The translations under genes were made by a program, and so were the position numbers. The notes under the pieces were generated by a model that worked only from the letters and a program-made list of their open reading frames with translations, did not search any database and was not told the DNA's origin. From positions 11,407 to 75,406 of the IMG/VR virus record IMGVR_UViG_3300035703_000059: a stretch of 64,000 bases of DNA, one strand, 5' to 3'. This document shows, in pieces, positions 1-8,805 of the stretch (within the stretch, counting starts at the first letter, position 1; every line of letters begins with the position of its first letter). Source of the stretch: a virus.

Positions 1-361
1 CCCGAACTCGGCGCTCGCGGTGCGCTACACGCGCGACCACCCGACCGTCGACCTCTTTCCGTCGAACGAACTGCTGGACCGTCTCCCCGCAGAGGACTGC
101 GACGGGATGGTGGTGCGGCTCGGCGCGCTTCTGCGGGCCATTGGATTCCACGTTCGCACGCGCATTGTGGCGCCGGCCGGAAAGCCGAAACAATGGGCGC
201 ACATCTATCTGATGGTCGCGCCTGTGCCGGGTGTCGCCGACGGATGGTTGCCGCTGGACCCGACGGAGCCGGAGCGCGCGTATCGTGCGCGAAACGCGCC
301 GTTTTGGGAGCCGGGAACGGACCAGATCGATCCGCTGAAACTGGACGGGCCAATCATCTAA
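1..361 (+). CDS. Transglutaminase-like Cys-His-Asp protein (candidate virion maturation protease), 5'-truncated
   Basis: Motifs RYTRD, EDCD (Cys), WAHIY (His), WLPLDPT (Asp); frame is open to the window edge. Confidence 0.75.
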   Translation, partial: PNSALAVRYTRDHPTVDLFPSNELLDRLPAEDCDGMVVRLGALLRAIGFHVRTRIVAPAGKPKQWAHIYLMVAPVPGVADGWLPLDPTEPERAYRARNAPFWEPGTDQIDPLKLDGPII

Positions 362-380
362 GACAACAGGGAGTCCGCGC

Positions 381-701
381 ATGGCCGACAACGGTGAGAA
401 GTTGGAGGGACTGCTCGACGAACGGTATCGCCCGTCGTTTCGACTGATGGTTGGAATGGGCGTAGGGGTGGGCGTGCTGACGTTCCTCATCAGCCAAGCA
501 GAGGCGTTCGTCGAGGCGCGCATCGATAAGCGGGTGCTGGCGGGGAACGCGCTGGTGGAGATTCAGACCAAGCGACTTGAGAAGGTGGAGTACCGGGTCG
601 ACGAGGTTCGCGAGGCGGTGATGGAGATTCGCGCCGACGTGCGGACCTTGCGCGAGTCGCGAAACGTCCCGCCGCCGCCGGCCATCCGAAAGGCGGAGTA
701 G
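381..701 (+). CDS. Single-TM coiled-coil membrane protein
   Basis: GGGAG RBS; TM LMVGMGVGVGVLTFLI; heptad-like C-terminus; N-terminal LEGL motif. Confidence 0.7.
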   Translation: MADNGEKLEGLLDERYRPSFRLMVGMGVGVGVLTFLISQAEAFVEARIDKRVLAGNALVEIQTKRLEKVEYRVDEVREAVMEIRADVRTLRESRNVPPPPAIRKAE

Positions 702-704
702 CCG

Positions 705-1910
705 ATGTCGTGTGAGGTCGTCGCCGGAGAAGCCGCAGACGGTTCCGTCGTGTTGACGGACAATCAATGCCGCACGCTCGACATTCAGAACGTGCTGGCG
801 TTGTCCGACGGGGCCGGAAACCACGCGGCCTGCGGCTCCAAGGCGTGCGTCTACGAGACGAGCGACCCGTCCACGCTGGTCAAGGTGACGAGCGATTGGA
901 TGGACGTGTGGGCGCTGAAAAAGACGGCCGGGATGGCGGACGTCGTTCCCGTGAAGCGGATGTTCAAGCTGAAGGGGAAGCGGCGTTCGGTGAACGGAGT
1001 GGCCGAGAACGCGCTGTACGCCATCGAGGTCGCCCGCGCGCAGCCGCTATCGAAGCGCGACGAGTTGTTCCTCAACACGACGGCGTTCGACGCGATCACG
1101 CTCTACTTCGACCAGATGCTCCTCCCCGGCGTCTCGCCGAAGAGCGTCATTGATTTTCGCGAGTCGTGTCGAAAGACGGTGGATGCGGCGCGGCGCGGCG
1201 GGAAGCCGTACATGACGACGCCGCAGGCCGACCAAGCGGCGTGCGAGGCCGTGACGAGCGACGCGCTCGATGCGGTGGAGCGGATGGCGAAGCGCGGCGT
1301 CTACTTCACCGACGCCCACGCGGGAAATTGGGGCCGGTACAACGGGCGGCTGGTGGCGCTCGATCTTGGGCTTTCAGCACCGCGAGGGACACGGACCCCG
1401 AAGGTGCCAGAACTTGAAGGGATGGGCGCGATGAACGACCGGAAGATGCAAAACATGGTGCTGTTCGGCGCGGGCGCGCTGATTCTGTTCCTGCTTCTGC
1501 GGCCGAAGAAGGCCAAGGCGGAGACGTCGCTGCCCGGCAGCGGCACCGGCAGCGGGGAGTCGATCTCGTCGCTCGGCGAGCGGCCCATCGCGCTCGACCC
1601 CGCGTTCGCGAGGGCTTACGGCCCCGTCAAGGCGTACACGGTTCGCCGGGGTGACAGCCTGTCGAGGATCGCCCAGCGCGAGTTTATGACTGAGGAACTG
1701 TGGCCGTTCCTGTGGGACATCAACCGGACGGCGACGCAGTTCGCGGTTCCCGATGCGCTGGAAATCGGCCAGACCATCTACGTCCCGACGCGAGGCTCAA
1801 CGAATCGGGCATACTACACGCGGTTCGACGCGCACAAGACGTGGTACATGAGCGGCGGTCGCGGTGTTCCGCCGGAGTCTGTTTCTTCGTTCACCGTCAT
1901 CGCGCTCTGA
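705..1910 (+). CDS. Protein-kinase-like domain - TM - LysM fusion
   Basis: GSKACVY..LVKVT, DAHAGNW, ALDLG kinase-fold motifs; TM MVLFGAGALILFLLL; LysM YTVRRGDSLSRIA..LEIGQTIYVP. Confidence 0.75.
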   Translation: MSCEVVAGEAADGSVVLTDNQCRTLDIQNVLALSDGAGNHAACGSKACVYETSDPSTLVKVTSDWMDVWALKKTAGMADVVPVKRMFKLKGKRRSVNGVAENALYAIEVARAQPLSKRDELFLNTTAFDAITLYFDQMLLPGVSPKSVIDFRESCRKTVDAARRGGKPYMTTPQADQAACEAVTSDALDAVERMAKRGVYFTDAHAGNWGRYNGRLVALDLGLSAPRGTRTPKVPELEGMGAMNDRKMQNMVLFGAGALILFLLLRPKKAKAETSLPGSGTGSGESISSLGERPIALDPAFARAYGPVKAYTVRRGDSLSRIAQREFMTEELWPFLWDINRTATQFAVPDALEIGQTIYVPTRGSTNRAYYTRFDAHKTWYMSGGRGVPPESVSSFTVIAL

Positions 1911-1921
1911 GGAGTTGGCCC

Positions 1922-2578
1922 ATGTTCGCCCTTCGATATGACCGTCGCCCCGCGCGGCCGACCAACCTCGGCGAGCCGCTGACCGGCGGCACGGCGCTGT
2001 TCCTGTACCTCGGCGGGGGCGCGCTGCTCCTGTCGCTGTTTGGGCGCGGGAAGAAAAAGGCGGCCGACACGTCGACTTCTACTTCACCGTCGCCGACGTC
2101 TGATTCTGCGGCGGGGGCGATACGAGATGCGGCCAATCGGGTCGCTGACTTCACTCCTCCCCAGCTTGCGCCGTTCGTTCCGCCGGGGGGGTTTCTCATA
2201 CTGGCGCCCGACATCATCCAGTTGGCGAAGGGGTCGTTCGCGAAGCGCGTGGGCGGACGCTGGTACATCGGGGGCGAGGGCGCGGAGGAGAAGAACCCGG
2301 AGTTCACGCCGGAATGGTGGCGGAGCAACGAATCCGCAGACGTGAAGGACCGCGTCAACAGCGTGGGCTACGAGCGGTGCCGAAGCCTTCGGAACTACTC
2401 GACGAAACAGCCGAATACCAAGGCGGACTGCGCGCACCTCATCAGCGGGGAGAGCATGGAATACTGCGTGTTCAAGAAGAACGTGCGGGCGTCGGCTGAA
2501 GAACTGAACAAGAACTGCGCGGGCAAGCTGCCGAACGACATTTACATCGCACAGGACACCGGCACCTACGGGTGGTGA
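1922..2578 (+). CDS. Membrane-anchored putative virion protein
   Basis: GAGGAG RBS before ATG 1922; N-terminal TM; 4 Cys in the C-terminal part. Confidence 0.65.
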   Translation: MFALRYDRRPARPTNLGEPLTGGTALFLYLGGGALLLSLFGRGKKKAADTSTSTSPSPTSDSAAGAIRDAANRVADFTPPQLAPFVPPGGFLILAPDIIQLAKGSFAKRVGGRWYIGGEGAEEKNPEFTPEWWRSNESADVKDRVNSVGYERCRSLRNYSTKQPNTKADCAHLISGESMEYCVFKKNVRASAEELNKNCAGKLPNDIYIAQDTGTYGW

Positions 2579-2589
2579 GGAGAGAATCG

Positions 2590-3015
2590 ATGGCGCTTGA
2601 TCCAGAGGTCGCACGTCGCTTCGACGACGTGGAGAAGTTGCTCAAGCTGGTGCTGATGGCATCGGGGTCGTCGTTGCCGACGACGAGCGTGGCGACGAGT
2701 TTTTCGGGCAATCAGATCGGGACGACGGACCGCTATCTGAACCTGTGGACGAACACCTACGACCGGCTCATCGCGCTGAAGATCGTGGGCGCGTTCGCGA
2801 TTCCGGGTGCGACGGCGAAGCTGTCGCTGGAGCAGTCGGATGCGGGGCTGATCGAGGTGCTGTCGTCGACCGGCAAGGTCATCAGCGACACCATCTGGCT
2901 CAAGCCGGGGCAGCGGCTCTTCATCAACACGAACGACGTCGTGTTCACGCTGAACGGTTCGACGTTCAGCGTCCTCATGTTCGACGGCATCAACTACATG
3001 GAGTTCGTGCGATGA
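2590..3015 (+). CDS. Small beta-rich structural protein (penton/jelly-roll-like?)
   Basis: GGAGAGAATCG-ATG start; alternating hydrophobic beta-strand pattern. Confidence 0.55.
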   Translation: MALDPEVARRFDDVEKLLKLVLMASGSSLPTTSVATSFSGNQIGTTDRYLNLWTNTYDRLIALKIVGAFAIPGATAKLSLEQSDAGLIEVLSSTGKVISDTIWLKPGQRLFINTNDVVFTLNGSTFSVLMFDGINYMEFVR

Positions 3016-4016
3016 CCCTCTCCCGCGTGCGTCAGTTCGTCCTGTCGATTCACCGTGAAATCGTGGTGGCGTTCCTCGCGGCGTTGACGGTGACGTTCGC
3101 CGACTGTGCGGCGCAGGCGCAGATCGTCCAGCCGCAGTACGTCCGCCCATCGAAGGGCGCGAGCGTGTTCGTGTTCCCCGGCGCGGACGGCAAGGGGCTT
3201 CCGGCCAACACGAACATCCTCACGAACACCAGCGCCGTCTACGACTTCTCGGCGTTTGAGTCGGCGCAGGTTTTCGTCTCCGCGCAGACGACGTCGGGTG
3301 CAGCGTGCGCGGCCTCGTTCGCCACGGTCACGATCATCGCGCAGGGTTCGTTTAGCAAGACGACGGGATTCGTGAACGTCGCCGACCCCTACGGCGCTTA
3401 CACGCAGACGGCCTTTGGTGCGTTCGCCGATGCGTACTCGTTGAGTGACCTGCCGACCTACGTCAAGTTCTCGGCGGGGACGGGCGCGAACGCGGATGCG
3501 TCGTGCCGGCTTCAGATCAACATCATCCCGGTGCCGTTCGCCTCGACGGCCAACGTGCAGGGGCGAGTGGCGGCAAACGGGACGTTCCTCGGCGCGTACC
3601 CGGTCCTCATGGGTGGCTCGGACTACGTCGCTCCGCCAAACCAGCGTGCGCGGATGCTGAAGGTGGACTCCAACGGCGCGATCAGCGCGACGACGTTGAG
3701 CAGTCGGTACTTCTACACGAACCAGACCCTCACATCGATTCCGTCGGGCGCGGCGACGCGCGTCTTGACGGTGACGGTGGCAGAGGAGGGCGCGCGGCTT
3801 CAGAACGCCGGAAACCAGACCCTCTACTGCGGGTTCGCGTCGACGGCGTCCTCGGCGTCGTACAGCTTCGCGCTCAAGGCGTCGGCGTCGCCCGACGACG
3901 GCACCGGCGGCGTCATCGACCTGCCATACAAGGGTCAGCCGACGAGCGGCATCTGGTGCGCGGTCAGCGGCGTGACGGCCGGTACGCTCGCGTCGTTCAC
4001 CTACGTCCACCCGTAA
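3012..4016 (+). CDS. Beta-rich spike/vertex-like protein with N-terminal hydrophobic segment
   Basis: ATGA overlap; signal-like N-terminus; Ser/Thr/Ala/Gly-rich beta strands. Confidence 0.55.
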   Translation: MTLSRVRQFVLSIHREIVVAFLAALTVTFADCAAQAQIVQPQYVRPSKGASVFVFPGADGKGLPANTNILTNTSAVYDFSAFESAQVFVSAQTTSGAACAASFATVTIIAQGSFSKTTGFVNVADPYGAYTQTAFGAFADAYSLSDLPTYVKFSAGTGANADASCRLQINIIPVPFASTANVQGRVAANGTFLGAYPVLMGGSDYVAPPNQRARMLKVDSNGAISATTLSSRYFYTNQTLTSIPSGAATRVLTVTVAEEGARLQNAGNQTLYCGFASTASSASYSFALKASASPDDGTGGVIDLPYKGQPTSGIWCAVSGVTAGTLASFTYVHP

Positions 4017-4026
4017 GGAGTCATCG

Positions 4027-4260
4027 ATGGCAGAGCTTCCGAAGAAGAACTCCAAGAGCGCGGTCGCGCTTGCGTTTGCGCTGGGGACCGGCGCGGGTGC
4101 CGGCGGGCATCAGCTTTCCGTGAACTCGCCGGTCCATCTGACGACGATGGGCGAGACGCCGATTGCCGACGAGTGGGTGTGCGAGCCGGAGGGGGGCATT
4201 TTCGACGCCCCGGTCATTTGCAGGTACAAGACGGTGTCCGCACCGGACGCTGGAAACTAA
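4027..4260 (+). CDS. Small membrane-associated protein
   Basis: AAGGAG RBS, ATCGATG start, hydrophobic N-terminus, Cys pair. Confidence 0.6.
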   Translation: MAELPKKNSKSAVALAFALGTGAGAGGHQLSVNSPVHLTTMGETPIADEWVCEPEGGIFDAPVICRYKTVSAPDAGN

Positions 4261-4272
4261 AGGAGACGAGTC

Positions 4273-5754
4273 ATGGCACAGGTTCAGCTTGAAGAACTGA
4301 TTTACGCAGAGAGTCTCGACAACAGCGCGGGTCCGCAATACGATCTTCCGCTGCTGAGTGTGGACATCGGTCCCGCGACGTGGGTCGGCACGATGGGTGA
4401 CGGCAGCGTGACGCCGCTGTCCAAGTATTTTGCCGCGCAGCTTCAGCGGGCGGCGGCTCTCGTCAACCCGTCCGACGCGCTGCCCTTGTTCAAGGCGTTG
4501 GTGAGCATCCAGACGCTCAAGAACGGCCAGCCTACCCCGGCGGTGGGCGGAAGCTCGGTTGGCAGCGTCGTGACGTTCTACGCCACGATTCCGGCCGCGT
4601 ACATCGGGTCGTTCGTGTGGGGCATGACGCCCGACTCGACCGGCGGCTGGGCGCTTCCCGGTGGAGGAGCGGCTGGTGGCGGCGGTGGCGGAGGGGGTGC
4701 GCCGAGTGGTCCCGCTGGCGGCGTGCTGGACTACGTTGAAATCGATGGCGTCACGAACCCCTCGACCTACCCCAACCCGAACGGCCTTGCGGTGGTGGTG
4801 GACGACGGCGGCGGCGTTTGGCGAATCCCCGTTCGCAACAACGATCCGGGGAAAACCACCTTGGCGATTGGTCCCGACGCAAACAATCCGTTTAGCGGTG
4901 GCACCGAGACTTGGAGTTTCCGAGGGCCGGACGGGGCCGCGACCAACGATCCGCTGATCAATGCCGACGACGGCGTGAAGGCTGAGATTCGCTCTGGTCG
5001 TGGCGGCGATAGTTTGCCGAACGATGTGACGGCGACCGCGAACGGCGGCGCCGGGGCGGAACTTTACGTTTGGGCCGGCGACGGTGGTCAAGGCGGTGGT
5101 GGTGGTGGCGCTGCGGGCGGTGGCGGTGGCGTAACTGTGCGCGCCGGATATGGCGGCCCCGGAGGCGCGGGTGTCGCTGGCGGGCCACCCGGTGACGGCG
5201 GTGACGCGGGGATTACCGCCGGATACGGCGGCACCGGGTCCGCTACCCATCCAGCAGGAAAAGGCGGTCGGCTTCTTCTCTACGCTGGTGACGCCGGAAG
5301 CGACGTCGGTGGCGGCGTTGGAGCCGGTGGGAATGTCATCATCAAGGGCGGTAATCGGTCTGACAACGGCGCCGCCGGGAACAACGGCCGAATTTTGCAC
5401 GACTCCGTTTCGTCTTTCGCGGCGCTTCAAAGCGTCAACATCACCGCCGTAACGACTCAGTTCGGGTTCGTGAACAGCCCGGTCATCGCCATCGACAGCG
5501 ACGCGGCCTACGTCATGGCCCCGGCCGGCAAGCTGATCGAGGACGGAAGCGAGGACGGCGACACCGTGACGATCCAGAACGTCGGCATCTTCGCGATCAC
5601 GCTTCAAGGTGAGGCGACGTCTGCCGGCTCGAACCTTCTGATCGGCGGCGGATCATCGAGGCAGCTCAGCCCCAACGGCGGAAACATCACGCTGCGATGG
5701 TCCGACAATTTCACCAAGTGGATCGAGATCGCCTTCGCGGGGTCTGTGACCTAG
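4273..5754 (+). CDS. Glycine-rich fibre/receptor-binding-like protein
   Basis: AGGAG RBS; repeated (hydrophobic)x-AG-x-GG units and poly-Gly tracts; beta-rich C-terminal domain. Confidence 0.6.
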   Translation: MAQVQLEELIYAESLDNSAGPQYDLPLLSVDIGPATWVGTMGDGSVTPLSKYFAAQLQRAAALVNPSDALPLFKALVSIQTLKNGQPTPAVGGSSVGSVVTFYATIPAAYIGSFVWGMTPDSTGGWALPGGGAAGGGGGGGGAPSGPAGGVLDYVEIDGVTNPSTYPNPNGLAVVVDDGGGVWRIPVRNNDPGKTTLAIGPDANNPFSGGTETWSFRGPDGAATNDPLINADDGVKAEIRSGRGGDSLPNDVTATANGGAGAELYVWAGDGGQGGGGGGAAGGGGGVTVRAGYGGPGGAGVAGGPPGDGGDAGITAGYGGTGSATHPAGKGGRLLLYAGDAGSDVGGGVGAGGNVIIKGGNRSDNGAAGNNGRILHDSVSSFAALQSVNITAVTTQFGFVNSPVIAIDSDAAYVMAPAGKLIEDGSEDGDTVTIQNVGIFAITLQGEATSAGSNLLIGGGSSRQLSPNGGNITLRWSDNFTKWIEIAFAGSVT

Positions 5755-5780
5755 TTCGGTCATCAACTAGGAGCGCATCG

Positions 5781-6182
5781 ATGGCGTCGTGTCCGGTCAT
5801 CCGCAAAGAGTTTCAGCGCCTCACGAACATGAGCGCCGCTGAGATTCGGTCGTGGGCGAAGGATGACCGGGCGAAGTGCTTTTCGCAGAAGGCAACGCGG
5901 CGACGGCTCACGCAGCCCTCAATCTATCGAGGGCATCGTGTGCCGTCGCTCGCGAACCTTCGCAAGCGCGCCTTCACGGGGGCGTGGTCGGAAGAGGACT
6001 GCTGGTACGGGAACATCGTCAACGGGTTCAACAAGCGGTTCTTGAAGATGAAGCAGAAGCACGGCTGTACGGACGGGATCGTCGTCGCGCTGCGGAATTG
6101 GGGCCACCAGCCGAAGTCGTGCGCGGTCCCGACGAAGAAATGCAAGCGCGAGCATGAGCCGCGCGTATCGAAGAAGGGATGA
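5781..6182 (+). CDS. DUF3140-like basic protein
   Basis: F..LTNMSAAEIRSW and LRNWGHQP match the recalled NM..E...W / L.NWGHDP signature. Confidence 0.55.
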   Translation: MASCPVIRKEFQRLTNMSAAEIRSWAKDDRAKCFSQKATRRRLTQPSIYRGHRVPSLANLRKRAFTGAWSEEDCWYGNIVNGFNKRFLKMKQKHGCTDGIVVALRNWGHQPKSCAVPTKKCKREHEPRVSKKG

Positions 6183-6186
6183 GGCC

Positions 6187-7101
6187 ATGACGCGGCTTGA
6201 GGCACAGCGGGATGTCGAGACGGCGCAGCTACAAGCGGAGGCGAAGTATCAGTCCCTTCTGAACCAGCAACGCACGGCGGGACGCAGGGCTGTCGCAGCG
6301 AGCAAGGTGTCCGCGATCAAGACGAACCTCATCGATGTCGCGGAGAAGGCACAGAAGGCGGTGCTGGACTCCGAGAAGCTGATCGCGGGCAACATCGGCA
6401 CCTACGGCATCGCCAGCGGAGCGCTTCGTCGGGAGATCGAGAACAACATCGCCTACGCCAAGCGGTTCACGACGTTGTTCGTGCAGGCCGCGCGGGACTT
6501 CAAAGAAACGGGGCAGTTTTTCCGGGTGGCAGGGTCGTCGCGCGATCCGGCGGGCCTTACGGTCGTGGGCGACCAGTTCAACAGCGGCACCTTGCTTGCG
6601 AACTACGTTGACTTGACCTACGCGACGTCGGTGGCTCTCGGCGCGCAGGGCGACTCGTTGCAGGGCGGCGTCATCACCAACCTGTTCCCGAACTTGACCG
6701 ACGCCGTGGCGGTGCCGCTGATGAAGGGTGTCGCGGGGCTGTGGGACGTCGTCAAGACGCTGGGGCAGGCCGGCGTCGATATGGCACAGTTCCTCGCCGA
6801 CATTCTCAAGAAGCTGCCGAAGATTGGCGGGTTCGCGCTCGATTGGCTTCCGTGGGTGCTGGCGGTCGTGATCATCGGCCCGCCGCTCATTCGCATCATT
6901 CTCGCGGGTCGTCGGCGCGGTGCAGACGCGGCGCTGGAAGAGACAGGCGCGACGTTGACTGAGGGGCGCGAGGCGATCACCAGCGGCGCGCGAAAGGCGG
7001 GGTCGATGGCCGTTCGCGGGGGCAAGGTGGCGGCGGCGGCCTACACCGGAAATCCCGCGCTTGCAATCTCTGGATTGTCGAAACGCGCACGTCGCCGGTA
7101 A
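6187..7101 (+). CDS. Helical membrane protein (putative virion)
   Basis: Coiled-coil N-terminus, TM WLPWVLAVVIIGPPLI, C-terminal ISGLSKRARRR. Confidence 0.65.
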   Translation: MTRLEAQRDVETAQLQAEAKYQSLLNQQRTAGRRAVAASKVSAIKTNLIDVAEKAQKAVLDSEKLIAGNIGTYGIASGALRREIENNIAYAKRFTTLFVQAARDFKETGQFFRVAGSSRDPAGLTVVGDQFNSGTLLANYVDLTYATSVALGAQGDSLQGGVITNLFPNLTDAVAVPLMKGVAGLWDVVKTLGQAGVDMAQFLADILKKLPKIGGFALDWLPWVLAVVIIGPPLIRIILAGRRRGADAALEETGATLTEGREAITSGARKAGSMAVRGGKVAAAAYTGNPALAISGLSKRARRR

Positions 7102-7110
7102 AGTGAAAGA

Positions 7111-7440
7111 ATGGCCTACGGCGCTCGTCAGAACTTGATGATTCGGTCCTATCTGCTCATCGCGGCGAAGCTCGGTGGGTGGACGAAGGACGCGGGAGCC
7201 GATGGCGCGGCCTACGTCTCGCCGGCACAGAATCCCAACCGGGAAAAAGGTGGGGTGTGTCGGAACTGTGCCTTCTGGAACGGGTCCGACGGGTGCGCGA
7301 TTGTGAAGGGGCCGATTGCCGCCGAAGGGCTGTGCAAGCTGTGGGTCATCGATGAGTCGCGGCTGGGGGCCGGGCGCGTCGATGGCCGTCTCGCCGGTCG
7401 ACCGATGTCGCTTGAGGTCGTGCCGCCCAAACGTCGCTGA
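7111..7440 (+). CDS. HiPIP-like 4-Cys protein
   Basis: Y-x12-CRNCAFW-x5-CAIVKGPIAAEGLCKLW matches the HiPIP C-x2-C..C..G.C..W pattern. Confidence 0.6.
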   Translation: MAYGARQNLMIRSYLLIAAKLGGWTKDAGADGAAYVSPAQNPNREKGGVCRNCAFWNGSDGCAIVKGPIAAEGLCKLWVIDESRLGAGRVDGRLAGRPMSLEVVPPKRR

Positions 7441-7515
7441 AGTGCGAAGCCCCGCCGGTGTGCAGCCGGCGAGGCTTCATTTTGACTCTGCGACGGAGGG
7501 GCGCTCGGTCAAAGG

Positions 7516-7590
7516 TGGCTGGCGGGGTAGGAGTCGAACCTACGGCCACGCGATTAACAGTCGCGCGCTCTGCCTCTGAGCTACCCGCCA
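7516..7590 (-). tRNA. trnN: tRNA-Asn(GTT)
   Basis: Minus strand TGGCGGG-TAGCTCAGAGGCAGAGC-GCGCGACTGTTAATCGCG-TGGCC-GTAGGTTCGACTCCTAC-CCCGCCA-G-CCA: full cloverleaf, U1-A72, G73, encoded CCA. Confidence 0.95.
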
Positions 7591-7600
7591 ATCGATGCCG

Positions 7601-7629
7601 TTCCTACCGGCGTTCGCCGCTTCCGTCAA
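7601..7629 (-). promoter_or_regulatory. Putative sigma-70 promoter of the tRNA
   Basis: TTGACG-N17-TAGGAA ending 10 nt before the tRNA 5' end. Confidence 0.45.
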
Positions 7630-7649
7630 GAGCGGGTAAACTGCCCGCC

Positions 7650-8093
7650 ATGCCGGTTCAACGTGTCAGCGGACAAGCGTTCGGGGGGATCGTGGACGAC
7701 GCGTTGCGCGCGGTCGTTCCGCAGGCGGTGACGCGCGTCGAGTTTCGTACCTCGCTCACGCCGCCGTCGACCATCGCCACGACGGAGTCGATTCTGGCGG
7801 CGATGATTCGCGGCGACACCGCCGAGAACGCGCCTCCGCCGACGACGGCCGCCGAGAGAGCAGAGCCGTCATACTCGGCGTCGCAGAAGTTCTTTGCGGC
7901 ACTCAAGCCGACCTTCATGGTGGAGTCGCCGACGTTCGGGCGGCGTATCTACGCGCCCTACGGCGTGGCCGGACCAAAAGATTTCGTTCGTGGGCAGCGG
8001 ACCTTCATCGGCGGCCTCGTCGTGATGTCGCTGGGCCTTGTGGGCCTCGGCTACGCGCTTGGCTATGCCGTGGGCCGCACGATGCCCCGCTAG
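7650..8093 (+). CDS. C-terminally anchored membrane protein
   Basis: C-terminal TM FIGGLVVMSLGLVGLGYALGYAV. Confidence 0.6.
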   Translation: MPVQRVSGQAFGGIVDDALRAVVPQAVTRVEFRTSLTPPSTIATTESILAAMIRGDTAENAPPPTTAAERAEPSYSASQKFFAALKPTFMVESPTFGRRIYAPYGVAGPKDFVRGQRTFIGGLVVMSLGLVGLGYALGYAVGRTMPR

Positions 8094-8133
8094 ATTTTTC
8101 GCGTGCGGTGGACGCGCGCAACAGGAGTCGTCG

Positions 8134-8802
8134 ATGGCGAAAGGCATGAAGTCGGAGGCGGAGCGTCGCGCCGGGTGGCTCGCGAAGCAGCAGAAGTTCG
8201 CGGAGGCCATCGCGAAGCAGCGCGCGATGCGCGACTTCCAGTTTCCCGAAGACCGTCCGCCGCTTCGGCAGGACTCGCTCGTCAAAGGGGAGCGGCCGGA
8301 GGCTCTGCGTAGCCCCGGCGTGGCGTACCTGTGCAACTGCGGCCGTGCAGCGCGCGAGGGCGCGTCCTGCGTGTGCGAGGTCGATCCGCGCGTCCTGCGG
8401 CGCGAGGTGAGCAAGACGAACGCGCAGCGGGAGCGCCGTAAGCGGAGCATCGAGCGCAAGCTGCGTGGGTCGAAAATCGGGCAGGAAGAGCGCGCGGATC
8501 TTGAGCGCGAACTCGCCGAGATTCAAGACTTCTACGTCACCGCGCGGAACCGCACGGAGGCGAACCTTGTCGCCGAAGGACGCGTCGCGGGCAAGAAGGC
8601 CGGGCCGCGTCAGAAGAAGCTGAAGGGCAAGCTGGAGGCGAAGACGGTGGCGCCGGGCGTCGTTCGCCGGACGCGCGTGGACGGGCTTGAGGCGGTGGGC
8701 GACCGGGGCGTCATCAGCATTTGGACGCTGGGTTCCATCTTGCTCATCGGCGTGGGCGTCTACGCGGTTTACAGCACGTTCCAGAAAGAGCCGAAGGCGT
8801 AA
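8134..8802 (+). CDS. Basic protein with CxC..CxC motif and C-terminal TM
   Basis: AGGAG RBS, TCGATG start; CNC..CVC; VDGL motif before the TM. Confidence 0.65.
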   Translation: MAKGMKSEAERRAGWLAKQQKFAEAIAKQRAMRDFQFPEDRPPLRQDSLVKGERPEALRSPGVAYLCNCGRAAREGASCVCEVDPRVLRREVSKTNAQRERRKRSIERKLRGSKIGQEERADLERELAEIQDFYVTARNRTEANLVAEGRVAGKKAGPRQKKLKGKLEAKTVAPGVVRRTRVDGLEAVGDRGVISIWTLGSILLIGVGVYAVYSTFQKEPKA

Positions 8803-8805
8803 TCG

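Noticed and set aside
7516-7590. tRNA as a prophage attachment boundary
   Set aside because: Viral structural genes lie on both sides and no duplicated 3' fragment was seen
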